A DNA stretch of 64,000 nt, taken from assembly GCA_030704615.1 (NCBI GenBank), contig CM060733.1, positions 24,862,001 to 24,926,000 on the forward strand, read 5' to 3'. Position 1 is the stretch's first letter. Each line of letters opens with the position of its first letter. Both the position numbers and the translations under genes were made by a program. Below the pieces are notes generated by a model. The model ran no database searches and was not told where the DNA came from. It saw only the letters and a program-made list of their open reading frames with translations. The stretch is from Takakia lepidozioides. Its lineage: Eukaryota > Plantae > Bryophyta. Positions 21,000 to 34,550 of the stretch are shown one piece after another.

Positions 21000-22575
21000 A
21001 TGGTATGTCCCACATAGGAATACTTATATCAGCTGATAGTCCATCCCCGAAAGGGGGCAGTAGCCGCAAGATGGTTCCGCCTCCATGCAAGCGTCTCCTC
21101 CTCTCATTGTTGAACAAGGTTATCGTATCTTGCCTCCCACTCATGTATGGATGGGGTGTTCTTCAATATGAAATCATGCGCTTGCTCAATAACCAAGGTC
21201 GACAATTTTACCCTCTTCGATTTTTTGGGCAAAACGATGTCATTGGTTCGTGCATCCTCCTCTTCCTTTTACATCCGAGGGGCTTCCTCATCCACCCTTG
21301 CCATGTACTCCATACAATAGAACATATCTTCTTGCAATATATACCCCTCCGCCATACTACCCTCCGGGTGCGCCATTTGTCTTACAAATGCTTTCAAAGT
21401 CTTCATGTAACGCTCAAGGAAGTACATCCACCGAGAATGAACAGGGTCGGCAATCAAAACCTCTTCCACTAAGTGCACTACCAAGTGCACTTGGATGTCA
21501 AAGAAGGAGGGAGGAAGGTTCATCTCCAACATACACATTACCTCCGCCGCGTCCTTCTTCATGCGTGGAAAATCCGCTTCCTCTGTCGCGTACCTCACTT
21601 TGGTAAGCTCCCCTTCACGTCATAATTACTCGCTTTGATGCGCGCGCCTAACTCCCAAACTGGCCGTCGGGCCAACTCGGAGCTTCGGCTGCTCACCGAG
21701 ACATAACGGTCCCATTTTGCTCCTCCACAAGACCCTCGCTCACTTTGGGCCTAGTGGAAATTCCCTTTGGTTGTTGGCAGTCCGGAACAGCTCCCCACAC
21801 CTTGGTCGCTTTCCGGCTCGCATGCTTACTCACTAGTTTTTGGTCACCAACGGGCTTGCACCGTTCTCGGGGTTACTACTCCCTATATATACTTCTGTGA
21901 CTGTCCGCGAGAGTTTCACAAACAACACCGTCCTTTTATGGCGAACCACCACGAAGACCCTTGACTCCCGGTGATGAGTCGCGGTGAGTCTTGGCCCACC
22001 CCAATGGACCGTGATGAGTCCCAAGACTCCCCACAACTCCCACCACAAGGTCTCCGCCCCATGGTGAGTCTTATGCCACCCCCACTAAGACCCACTAAGC
22101 TACCACCACCCCTCGTGAAACCACCCCCACTGCAACCCGGTGTGCGGGGCTCTACCTAGTGAGCGCCTCCGCCTCCTTGAGTGCCTTGGGTACTCAAGGG
22201 TGCTTCAGCCCCCGTACCTATTGTTGCCACTGCCCCCACCATAGGGGCAGCCCCTCTTGTGTCCCGACCCCCTGCCCTCAAGGCAAAAAGCCGCGACATC
22301 CTCCGACTCTTTGGAGCAAATCCACCGGAACAAACCTCCCAATCTGTAGATTGTCTTGCGGACCTCGGGCGTCAATGTCCCACGTACTACAATGGGCAAG
22401 ATGTCTTGCAAAATATTGTGGTAGTCATGAGACTTCAAACCATGGACCCCGTCTTCGTTGAACTTCATACGGAGGGATGACCCATAATTAGTTGGTGTTT
22501 GTACAACACCTATGGTGGCTATCACATTCTTGTATTCCTCCTTTGTCCATTGCCAAGTGACCCTCTTGCACAATA
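21000..22575 (-). pseudogene. CACTA (En/Spm) transposase fragments (DUF4218 region), interrupted by a ~700-bp insert
   Basis: GLKSHDYH...FRWICSKE; LEMNLPPSFFDIQVHLVVHL...RWMYFLERYMKTLK...PEGSMAEGY. Confidence 0.85.
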
Positions 22576-23231
22576 CAGGTTGAATTGCAGCCTCAGATTA
22601 TAAAGATATGCATCATGCAAGATATCATGGGCACTCCTCTTTAAGGCCAAAACAGTACCTAGCTTAATAATCCACAGGCAATGCTGTCAAAGATTCAAGA
22701 CAAGGTAAGGTCCAGATGTTGGGCTTCAAGAGACAAGCCTGCCAGGTCGAAGTGCTCCATCAAAGGCAGCAAAACATAAGTCAAAAGTAAGCATCAGCAT
22801 GCCAAACCAAGAGCAAGCGGGCCGAAATCGAGGCTGCAGGCAGCAGCCAAGTCAAGATGTCATACACAATAGGTTCCATTTGCCCACATCCGTATCTGCA
22901 AGCTCAAGAGAATTCAAAGCAAGTAGGGATCCTCACCTGGTCCCATCACAAGCCCCCACAAAAACCAACAGGTTAGTGAGGATTGTGGAACCCCAGGTGA
23001 ATAACAGACCCCTACACTTGTCATCGATGTCAACTAAGAACCTCAAAAGCAAGAGAGAAAGACATAAAACAAAATGAACCCTAATCACAAAAAGTCCATT
23101 AGTAGGATGAAAAAACAGTAAATAACATCCAAAATATCGGTTTTACATCCTAATAGGTAATTCAACATCCCAAAAATGCCTCATCCAATACGGATAAAAA
23201 AGCAATAAAAGAGGAATGAAAAAATTAATAT

Positions 23232-23951
23232 CCTGGTATTTTTCATCCGGTATGGATGGAAAAATAAGATGCCAGTGGCAACCCCCACAGAGGTAATTTC
23301 TCATTCTCTGGTGACTCATCCGTTATGGATGAAAGTCAATAAAAAATCATAGACTCAGCTTAGAGGTAATTCAGTGTCCACCTTGGTAGTTCATCTGGTA
23401 TGGATGAAAAATTGTTATTGGGCGGGTGAAAAAACTGTCAGAGTCCATCCGGTATGGATGAAAAAACAGGAAATTAACATTGATGAAATCGGCCAATTCC
23501 AAGGAGGGAGAGAGAGAGAGGGAGAGATCGGGAAACCAAAAATAAATAAATAAATGGGGGGGGACTGATTGAGCAGCAGCTGCTGCTGCTCAGTCAGTTC
23601 CCCCCCCCCAACATTTTTTTTTTATTCTTTGTTGCCCCCTCTCTCCCTCTTTCTCCCTCCTCGGAATTGGCCGGTTGCATCAGTGTTCTTTTCATGTTTT
23701 TCCATCTATACCAGATGGACTCTAAACAATGTTTTCACCCGCCCTATAAAGTTTTTCTGTCCATACCGGAAGAATTACCTGGGTGAACACTAAAAAACCT
23801 CTAAAAAGGGACTATAATTTTTCATTCCTCTTTTTTTGACTTTCATCTATACCAAATGAGTCACCAGAGAGTGAGGAATTACCTCTATAGGGGTTGTGAC
23901 ACTGGCATCCTATCTATGATTTTTCCATCCATGCCGGATGAAAGATACCAG

Positions 23952-23952
<1 letters not shown>
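23232..23952. repeat. ~720-bp foldback palindrome with GGATGAAA-rich arms
   Basis: Arms are reverse complements; apex GACTGATTGAGCAGCAGCTGCTGCTGCTCAGTCAG at ~23563-23597. Confidence 0.85.
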
Positions 23953-23985
<33 letters not shown>

Positions 23986-24019
23986 CCTCTCCCTGTCTCT
24001 CCCTGTCTCTCCTTCTGGA

Positions 24020-27000
24020 AACTGGGTTTATGGAATTGTTGACTAGACTTCCATCTTTGAAAATTTTGAAAAAATTGAAAAATTGGGTTGCAGGGAATTT
24101 TGGATGTTTTTCATCCAAAATACAAATTTTTCCCTAGGGAAACATTTCTTCACTAAATACCTGTGAGTTGCAAAACTCCCGTCAATTTTTATTTTTTTCA
24201 ATCCAACCTGGATGAAAAAAGGACCTCAACTGACAGGACCTAAATACGAGCCAGACAGGTATAAAAAAGTTGTTTTAAACCCCCGATGTTTTCCATCTAA
24301 CCTAGATGAAATGCGGACTGCATCCGTCGAGTTCAAGACAGGATGAACGCACGATGTCTTTCATCTTCCACGAATGAGACAACGTCCATCGGGCGTACAG
24401 GCTGGCGAATGTTTTTCATCCTGAGAAGGATGAAGGACGGGCCTGACAGGGGAAAACCCTACGCAACCCTACTGTCTTTCTTTTTGCGCTGCAAGAGCGC
24501 GCGCAGTGGCGGCTTGGGAGGAGCGATGGTGCTCGTGCTGCAGATACCTTGAGTTGCCAATCCTTGAGTGTTTATGGCTCCTGTGAGCGTCGACTAGGCG
24601 GGCTCTTTAAGGCGATGGTGGTGGCTTAGAGATGAGGGAAGATTCACTGTCTCAGTTGTCTGTTTTTTTGCTGCACAAGGGCCGGTTTAAAGGGTAGCGA
24701 GCCAGTCAGTTTACCCTTGTACATACCTACCACCACCGGATATAGCAGGAGCCAGGACCTACCGAGCCGCGTAGGTAGTTAAAATCTAGTAGGTCGTAGA
24801 ATACCACATACAGCACCCCTCCTCAAATCCAGTAGAAACATGCCCCGTCAGCGAGTCCGCTCTAAAAATCGGTTATGTTCTTCTCCCCCTTCCCCTAGGC
24901 GGTCACTACAAGAAAATCGCAATTTTACTACATCTTGTTGCATACCTTAGTACCGTATTTATCAGTGCTGTATTAGTTCAGATGAGACAAAACGTCATTC
25001 ATAAAAGCATGGCCTATCTATCATGGCCTATCTTGGTCATTCATAGAAGCATGGCTTATAACCTTCCCAACTTCCCCTTTCTTTTCACATCACAGTTCCT
25101 CTTGTTCCACCCAAACTAGGTGTGGGGTCTATGGCCACAATTACAGCAAATATCTTATGGGCACATTCTTTGACATTCCATTGATAGATTTGAGGAGAGC
25201 GTCTCTCCGGTGATAGAGCCAAAAGAGAGAGCCAAAGGCCCAGGCCCTTTTGGGGCCTAGTTATTGGCCAAACCTACACACACAACAGGTTGATGCTTAA
25301 GGAAAGGGATTTCAAGAGGATATCTGAAAACCCGGATCAATTGTTTATTCGAAGGTAAGTCTTACTATCGGCGTCAACCCCTGACAATGGTAGGTTCTGT
25401 CCCTTTGTGTTCCGCTCAAACTGGGCGCGGGGTCAATGGCCACAAGGCTATTGCAAACAACGTCTTATGAGTACTCTCTCTCTCTCTCCCTCTCTCCCTC
25501 TCTCCCTCTCCCTCTATAACTCTTTGGATTTCATCTGGCCTTAACCTTTTGAGGTTATTTAGTTTTTCATCCCAACCTTTTTCATCCAAATCTGGATGAT
25601 ATTTACCATCTATTTCTTTCATCTAAACTGGATTATCTACATAAATAATGGTTACCTATTATAAAATCCAAGAGAATAATAAAACTACCATCATAAATGA
25701 TGGCAGTTATTAAACCTAAGCCTATACCATAACCCTAAAAGATACATTTCTATGGGATGTCATCCATTGACAAAGTGCCTCTCTTGGTAAAATGTGATAT
25801 TTCATCCACCCTGGATGAAAAATCGGGAAGTTTTGCCCTAAGCAGGCCGACACACTTCACAACACTGAACTCGTGCTTCAGTGAACCTTGATGATGCGCC
25901 GTATAAACCTGCTCCCCTGCTGCTACATGGTACTCGTGATGGCTGGCTCTTGGGATGCGCATTGGTGGTTAAACAGATTCTTCTCTGGCAGACGACAAAG
26001 CGGTGATCGCTTTGATCAGAAACTCATGGTTCTTTATTTTGCAGTGGCGCTTTTACTCCTTGTTGGGAAATACTCTATCCCTATTTATCTACAAATTACA
26101 TGTTGCTCTCTCTTTGTGTATGAGCCATTCTCTATCTGTGAACGCTTCTACTCTGATTGCGTTCTGTTGGAGACGATCTGTTGGACGCCATGGCGCAGGG
26201 CATACCACAAACACTCAAGGTTTTTTGAGTTTACCATTGCTTGAATTGTGATCTGTACTTGCTTTAGAATTCAACACTGACATGGATAGCAACTGTGAAG
26301 ACCTGCCATTTACCTGCTGCATCCTCACTAACACACATCGCTATGTGGTGGTTTTTGGGACGAACACAGGTGAGGGTCTTCACTTGTCTTGATTTCTTGA
26401 AGCTTGCAGCTCCTGTTCTTGCAAATGTGGATACTGCTGCTGCCTAAGCTGCTGATGCCATTTGCTGCTTCAAACTGCCACCATGCCGCTTCAGACATGC
26501 TCCAAGATGGCTCCAATGAGGATCTGCTTCTCTCCTTACCCCTGTTTCTGGTTTTTTACAACCACATTTGCATGTGTAGGAGTTAAGCTATGAAAGGTAC
26601 AAGGGTACAAAATAACAGTTATTACTCTGACTGCTTTGATACTTGGCTCTGAAATGAAACTTCTTGGTATGACTTTGATGGATCAAAAGGATAAGATTTG
26701 ATAGATAACACACATTCTTCAAGGCCCTCATATCATTTTGGTTTCATGGCTTGATAACAAACAGGGGTTTCTGAGCTGCTCTTTCACCTTGGCAGAGCTA
26801 TTTTATGAGGCCTTCCTCTCAGCTTGACTCTGTTGTGTCAAACAGATACACTTTGTTTAGGGAACACACACACTCATTAAAGCTCTCATAGCAGTCTGAA
26901 TTTGAGGGCTGATAGCAGGCAAATTTGGGATAATTTGCCTTGCTTCTGTTCTATGATTCCTGCTTGTGACACGACACTGAAACGTCACCTTCAGGCCAAC

Positions 27001-27595
27001 AATAGCCTCTAGGGAGAAGACTTGTTCAAAACCTGGATGTTGGCATGCAGCCTCATGATATATACCATGTCTTGAACCATGCCAATAGGGCAAGAGGAAA
27101 CATGATGTAAACCAGCAAATGCTTAAGGCATATTTGTTTGACTGTTTCAAACTCAACTTGAATTGTTTTTGAGCATGAGTCTTGGGGACTGTCCCAAGAC
27201 CTGCAATCTGGTTTTCACAACTTGTTTTGCTAAGGTGTTGTGTCTACTTGCAAATACTTAAGGCATGAATGGCTAGCTGTTTCAACTTGAAGTGCTATGA
27301 GCTTGATTCTGGGAAATATCCCCAAACCTACAATCTGGTTTTTGAAATGAGTTTGAAATGAGTTTTTGAAAAGATGGTGCAAACTATGGTGCTTTCATGA
27401 TATGATTGACGTGGAATCCCACCCTCCCACCCTGTTTTTTCAGAGACCCTGAAATGTAATGGGGTATTCAAATGAGATTGTAAACATGAAAGGGAATGTT
27501 AGATGGTGCCCTGTAAAGGGCTGTTTTGTCTTTCAATGACAATGACCTTAGCGGTCTTGTCCATGTCTTGACATGACATGTATATCTTCTCTCTC
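24020..27595. repeat. Modules of the dispersed foldback-associated repeat family
   Basis: 24020-24680 matches 42010-42700 (direct) and 38930-39600 (inverted); 24683-24775 matches 48310-48400 (inverted); 25510-26800 matches 44690-46020 (inverted); 27320-27595 matches 44310-44585 (inverted). Confidence 0.85.
24904..24916 (+). mobile_element. CACTA-type terminal sequence CACTACAAGAAAA (single end)
   Basis: Identical to the canonical En/Spm TIR; no partner end with a matching TSD found. Confidence 0.45.
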
Positions 27596-28927
27596 ATGGC
27601 CTTGGGCTACAACAAACATCATCTTGAATACTACATTCTTTCATTGCCTTCAGCAGGTGCAATCTTCACATGCTAGAGAGCCACTAAATCACAAAGAAGA
27701 GAACCTACCTCACCAAAAATACGGTATTTGTGAAACTTGCCTTTAAAGTCACATTGTCATAAGCACTATATGCATTTCAACATGTATATTGTCTGCCAAG
27801 GGGAAAAACTGCACATTCTTTGGTCAATTTTGGAGTAATCAGTATTTGCAAAATTGGCTGCATCCTCATGTTCAGTATTGGCCAGAATGTCACAAAACTG
27901 TTGATCACAGAGAAATTCCGATGCCCAGAAAGGATTCGTGCACATCTTTGCAATCTTCTTTGTAAACCTCCATGACATCTATGAACATATAGCCATTATG
28001 TTGTTGTACTATTGTCATCCTAAAAGGAAAATTTTAGTTGAAGTCTTAACTCTTTTTTACCACTTAACCATAGCTCTTACGGATCGATCATCTTTTCATC
28101 CACCTACGCACTGCTACTGGTGGTAGATCCATAAAGACCCTAAAGCCTATTCTAGAAACCTGTTTGGGGAATTTCAAATTGGCCCAAACTCGGTCCACCC
28201 CTCTGCCTAAGCAACTTCTAAAGCGAGCAAAGAGATACATGAACATGTCACATAATGTTGCAGCTGTTTCACAAAAAATGGGTTATTAATGTTGCACTAG
28301 GATAGGGAGCCGAGAAACAGAGGAAGAGTGGATAACACTTATTGGCCCGACAACGGTAGAGTGTCCCTAGGCAATATTGTAGCCTGCACTAGTAAAAAAT
28401 TCCTCGCTGGTGAACATATCACTACATAGATCTGTTAGGTCATACCACATCCATTTCAATCCATCTTCAGGTGGTAATGAATGAGTAAACAACGAATGTG
28501 TTATACATTGTGAAGGGCGTAGTGGTGCTATCTACCTTTAGTCCAGTTGTCATGAAGAACCCCAAGTTGCTGCATTTTACAAAATACAGTGCAAACTACA
28601 TGTCTTAATTATTACTTGATATCCAAAAGCATCAGCTAAAACCTGATCAAGAAGCAAGATCAAACCCCAAAAATCAATGTTACCTGATTATCCATAGTTC
28701 TGACTCACTCAGCGAGATGGCCGGAGTGTTTTATATCCAGCCCCAAAAGACATGTCAGTCCATAGCTAGAAGCAGTTTTGAGGTAAAACCACGATTAATA
28801 TTATTAATATTATTATTGGTTAACAGGGGGATTGAATCCCTGATTATTTATTATAAATTACTTGTAGTGGAAATATAAAGCACTATGAGTAGAAAACCTC
28901 CCATATTCTCAATTAATTAAATGTGAA

Positions 28928-29130
28928 GATTATGAGGATATTTTGGCACTGGGTGGTGAAAACCACATCAATTAGGGTTGTTCAGCTAGCTGTTATAGTA
29001 GCACAATTTGACTTAGAAATAAAGCACATGGACGTTCAAACGCCATCTCAATGTGAATATCTATATGGATATATCAAAAGACTTAATTAAAAATCAAACA
29101 TAGACTTGGTCTGTAAATACATAGATCCGT
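28928..29130 (+). pseudogene. Ty1/copia RT relic
   Basis: DYEDI...VVKTTSIRV...AQFDLEIKHMDVQT (frameshifted). Confidence 0.6.
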
Positions 29131-29410
29131 ATATGGAAATAGTAGGCCCCAGACAATCCTGGCCATCTCTGGTCACCTGTGGCATTAATTTTACGTCACG
29201 TGGAGGGACAAGTTCCCCTCCATATCAGTGGAGTGGAATCCATGAACATTCATTTACCGCCAGATACCATTTGTATCCAACATCCTTTTCGTTAAGACGG
29301 GCAGCAATACACTCATCCTCATTAGATTTCACTAAAGAAGAGACTTAAAATCACAGAACTGAACCCGACCAGATCGCAAATGGAAGATAGAAAACTGTCC
29401 TCCAGCTTAC

Positions 29411-29672
29411 CAAGATCAATCCCAACGACCTTCTCAGAAACAACGCGTACAGGCCCCACACTCGGGGATCGCCTTGCCTTGCGGCCGCTTTCATTTTTCG
29501 AAATCTGCGCATCCCCTCCGAAGAAAGATCTCTGCGTATTCCACTGCTCGAGGAGGGAGCAATTCCTATGGTTGATGATGCCGCAAGGAGAAGCATTCTC
29601 ATTGAAAGAGACACTACCAGATCTTGGAAGGTGACTCTGAAGTAACCCAAGGGATCCCACAATAGCTGCCAT
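29411..29672 (-). pseudogene. HSP70: First exon of a plastid stromal Hsp70 (transit peptide + VVSEKVVGIDLG); downstream exons not found
   Basis: GPVRVVSEKVVGIDLG followed by a GTAAG donor; no TTNS.V exon seen downstream. Confidence 0.7.
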
Positions 29673-30127
29673 GATAGTCCAGTACCTTCACAATACAATT
29701 GCAAGCAATTCCATCGCCTTAGTCGACCAAATATGCGCCCGATTCTCCACACAGATTTAGCGACCTCCGTGTTTACACTCAACTCTGTCTGAAACCGTCT
29801 ATCTCTTTCCTTAGCATTATCGATCCCACACGCCCCAAATTTCGTATGCCGTGTGGTGAAAATCTGTTCCCAATTTCCTCCGTCTATCTTCTCCAACCGT
29901 GCACGCTTTCGCAGGGGAGGAATTCCCAGCAGTTCATCATCATTCCCTCTATGCCTGATTTCAGAAGAGACGATCGGAGGTGACATTGGGTGCAATGCCT
30001 AGGAGGCGAGGTTGCATGTTAATTACCGCAATCTGCCTCTCACTATCTTCCACAACCGAAGTGGGCTTCCACTTGGCGTACACTTGGCACTGACAGGTTC
30101 AGTGCTGACTAGGTCTTGTGCGGGGTG

Positions 30128-30413
30128 CAGAGTTTTTTTTTAAAACTCGGAAAACAGCACAAGTGGCTACAGAGTTTTGAAAAAATTAGGCATATATTCT
30201 GTTCATCCATTCAAATTAGGAAAAAAATCATCCACATCCGTACTTTCATCCATTCATATCATCCACATTTGGCGAATTCATCCATTATTATTATTATTTT
30301 TGGAGAAATTTGGCGATTTCATCCATGAAAAAACATGGAATTTTCTACGGAATATTCTTTTCTATTTTTGAGGTCGCCATTTGGCGAAAATTCGCCCAAA
30401 ACAAAAAACGCTG
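30128..30413. mobile_element. Possible hAT-like MITE
   Basis: CAGAGTTTTTT...AAAAAACGCTG termini; internal TCATCCA and TTGGCGA motifs; only a partial 8-bp TSD match. Confidence 0.4.
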
Positions 30414-31499
30414 GCGGTTTCTAAAACACCAAAGTACTAGGACCCACTACTTCATCTTCATCACCTCTATATTGGCGACAAAAGTAAAAAAAGAAGTATG
30501 ACACCTCCCAAAGGGAGCGTAACTTATGGTGTCACTCACTTCACAGTGACACATGGGCTACTTCCAGCTAAAAGGTGGACACCTTCATGACACACCAGAC
30601 CGTGGTTTGAACCCACAACCACATCCAACGTGGTATGTGCCCATTACCACTGGCCTACATGTTGGTTGTCAATGGCGACAAACAGACCTTGGCACAGGTG
30701 AGTGGCCTCTCTGCAGAGAGGTTCTTGTGCACTTGGGAAGAGAAGTAAAGGGTTTGAACTGTAGAGTTTTTCATTATTATATAATGCATTGCCTGTTCAT
30801 TTGAAGGTTTTGTTCTCTTCGTTGAGGTTGTTAGAGCATCTCCACCGGGGGTCCCTAAATGCCCCTGCAACGGCAAAGGAGCCCCCGGCCCTGGTATCCG
30901 CGCCCCCGGGGCCCGTACTTTTGTGCAGGATACAAGGTCAAAGACAATGTGGTGAGGGCACCTTCTTCTTCGATCTATTTCAGCCTGTTTTGCCCTCTCA
31001 TCAGACTCGGCCTTGAATATTGAATCTGTAAGTTAGCTCGTTGGGTGGATCTGTGGTGGTTTAGAGTGACTTTGACAAGTTGCTGCTGATGTAGCACCAA
31101 GAAAGTATCCAAAAATAGGTAACAAAGTGAAGGACTCTACTAATACATGAGAATTCCTCTCCCATATACATAGACAAGCCTCAGTTCACCCTTAGTGATG
31201 TCTCTCATCATCTCTCTTTGCACTACCAGGCCAATGTTGTATAGACCAACAGAACAGGGGTACCTTTTTGGCACGTTTGATGGCAACAGTTCTACCGTCC
31301 CTGAGCTTGCCTCGATAGACAGTACCAAACCCTCATTGCCCAATGTTGTGTGACTCAACAAAATTAGATGTGACTCTGTTTAGCTCAGCCATGGTGAATA
31401 TTAATGCTCCTGTAGGCTTATGTTGTAAAGCATGATGTGAAGGTCACACGGCCCCTCAACGCACAGCCCACTCAAGGAAGACACTCGGCAAATTGCTGC

Positions 31500-34370
31500 T
31501 CCTGCTGCCACACCACCAGCAATGCGAAGGTACACGCGCATGCACTCACCTCACCTTGTGACACTCAACGCACCCGCAGAGTCGATGATGGCAATCAACC
31601 TTCGCACTAGACGTACCTCTAGTGAATTCAACAGCGACATGTGCAGCAGCCACTCTGACTCCAAAAAGTCTCGAGGACCCATGGAGCTTGGCCATTTACA
31701 AATCATGGACACATCAAGTTCTCCACCCACACCCCAGCTATAGCTGGGCTAATCCTACACTGGAACAATTAGCGGAAGACTCCAATGCCCCTTTCATAAC
31801 AGAGGAACGATCAGGCTTCGAACTCCAAAGCCTGGGTCTCAGTCACACTGAGACTTATGACATGTAATATTGCCTCAACTCGTACCCGCGTGTCCCCCAA
31901 TTCTTCTTCCAAGCAAAGCGGCCATATGGAAAAGAGGGTCTCACTCGTACCTGCGTACCAACACCTAAATGACCACTTCTCTTCCTTTCTTCCCCACCCC
32001 TCCACCACTACCCACAAGCCGACACACCCAATAGCCACCTTTGGGCTGCCAGCCTACCAAAACCCATCCCTAATCAATACCACACTCAAACTAAACATGT
32101 ACCCCGTACACCACCTCCTTTTCTCACTAATCATCATCATCTCTGCAATACCCTCAATATGCAATGACTACTTTAAAACCCAATCAGACACTCATGTATG
32201 TTCATTATTACAACAACTGCACAATTTACCCACACTATCCCATAGCTACCTAGCACCCCCGCACCCCTTGCGTAGCCTTCACGACTCTCTTAATTTGCTA
32301 CAAGCCAAGCATGGTGAAATCCATAAAATACTGGGGAATCACCTGACACACCCAAATACACCCACACAAGAAATAGCTCATATCACCAGCAAATTCCCAT
32401 TCCACTCGTAAAAAATACTCACTGCAACTCTACTAGCCAATTCAAGCATCCCGGGATATACACCCCCACCCACAACATCACCGCCTACCCCTCCACTCTG
32501 CACACATAGCCCTACCAAATCCCCAAACCCCCCTAGAGCCTCTAGCCCCCCACACACATCCCCCTCTCAACATGCACATTCACTCAACATAACCCACTTG
32601 GAATGTCGGATCACTTGCCACCAGCATTCAAAGCCTAATCCATCTCACGGACTTTACACCCCCGTATATGATCCTCTTACAAGAAACTAAACTCAACACA
32701 CACAACCCCAACAGTTCCTACATCAACAAACTCCTACCAGCCTACTATATGGTATATATGGAAACTCACTCACAGCCGCACAGTGCCTAGCCAGACGCTC
32801 TGCACCATATCATCCTACCAGAGGTGGGGTGGCTTTAGGCATCCTTCGCACACACCACTCCCCTAGCACCACGGTCAAAATACCTGTGGCACTCCCCCTC
32901 CGGTCACACCTCCAAATCGTCAAACTACACCTCCCGCGCTCCCCCCCATTACCATTATCCACCTATACATGCCCTCACACACCGAAGATCTACCCCTGAT
33001 TCCTGATATCTTATTTACTATCTCCAACACACTCACCCAATCCTCCCCCCTTTCCCAACAGTACATCCTAGCAAACGACTTCATGAGGGATATTGCCCTC
33101 AAGGGCCACACATACAACGGTATACACAAAACTCCGTCCTCAACAGATGATCATGAATGGGCAAAATTTACTCAAACACATCACCTCCGGTATATCCCTG
33201 CTGATCACCATTATTCTAGACAACGCAGACTCAATTACTCCTCCCTAAGCCTTCTTGACAGTTTTTATCTCAAAACACAAAATGACATTCCGACATACCT
33301 TAACAGTCATGTACACATTAATAGCCTATGCAATTCAGACTATTACCCCGTCTCAATCAACTTCCCGCCATCCCTCATCCCCTTCAGACCCATCCCACCC
33401 ATACATGTCCCACCACCGCAATCTAGAATTTTATCCCCCCCTCCTCCAAAATAACATAGTCACCTTTCTAAAACACTTCCAACCAACATCCTCATACCTC
33501 ACGCAAAAACTAGCTGACATACTCTCCGAAGCAAACCTTGCGCAATCCCCTGAAAAAAACTGACCGAATCTGAGATCATACTCGCCACCTCTATGCAAGA
33601 AATGACCAAAATTGTCATTGTCACCTGCTCTGCCCCTCCTGAAATTCCACAAACTACACGCTCAAAACAAAGTGGTGGCTACCTTACCCGTACTCAAAAA
33701 CGCACATGGACATCACATCTTAACACATACCATACGATAAGACGAGCCCTCACCATTAGATCCCTACCACTACCCCCATACACCCAGAGAATAACTAGGC
33801 AACGGACCCTCGTATCACCTTTTTAATTACCCTAATAACATGTCAAGCACTTATGCCCCCACCTATCAATCCCCAAGATATTCCTAACTGGATAGCTGCT
33901 CTCACCACAATGCTCTCAAACTATGGTGAACATCACCAAATTCTCAGTGACCCCCAAAAAGGATTCCGAGCTTCGCGTAGCACAACACAAAGAAGCACTC
34001 AACGATCATGGACGTCTTGGTACCATTTATCAGGGGCTCATCAAATACCTCGCATTAAAATACAATGGCCTCTACTCACTGTCATCCTTGCACCCACAGG
34101 CCTGCCTGCACTCCCCATCTGCTCGGACATTACTCATCCTACGTCATATGAAAATTAGCATACAAACCGATCTTCCAGATTACCCAAACATCGCATCACC
34201 CCTAGAACAAGCATGGCTTAGGTACCAGCCCTTTCTTATCACAATTCGACATCTCCTATCCCAAACAAAAAATCCCCATTCTTACCTATTTCAAATAGCG
34301 TCACATTACCACTCTCACCCAACTTACTACCGCCACCAGCCACCGACTCTTAAAACCAAGCGAATTTACT
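31500..34370 (+). mobile_element. Degenerate LINE: APE endonuclease and RT fragments (start approximate)
   Basis: TWNVGSL...ILLQETKL (~32597-32695), LYMPS...ILANDF...SDYYPV, ILSDPQKGFR. Confidence 0.75.
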
Positions 34371-34399
34371 CTTAAATTCTCTCGTGCTACGACCAAAAC

Positions 34400-34550
34400 C
34401 AGCCGATACCTTTCATCATATTTGTATTGATATCCAAGCTTACCGCGGGCTAGCCATCTGAGTAGGGGTTCGAGGAAGATAATGAATAGGTAGGGGCTTA
34501 AGGTGTCGCCTTGGATAGTGCCTCGAAGGATGGGGATAGGCGGGGTGATG
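34400..34550 (-). pseudogene. Inverted LINE RT fragment
   Basis: RGTIQGDTLSPYLFIIFLEPLLRWL. Confidence 0.75.

Noticed and set aside
24904-28869. Complete CACTA element between CACTACAAG and CTTGTAGTG
   Set aside because: 3-bp flanks differ (GGT vs GAA) and the match is only 9 bp
30831-30844. TTA-GAGCATCTCCA Harbinger/Tourist-like end
   Set aside because: No partner end found
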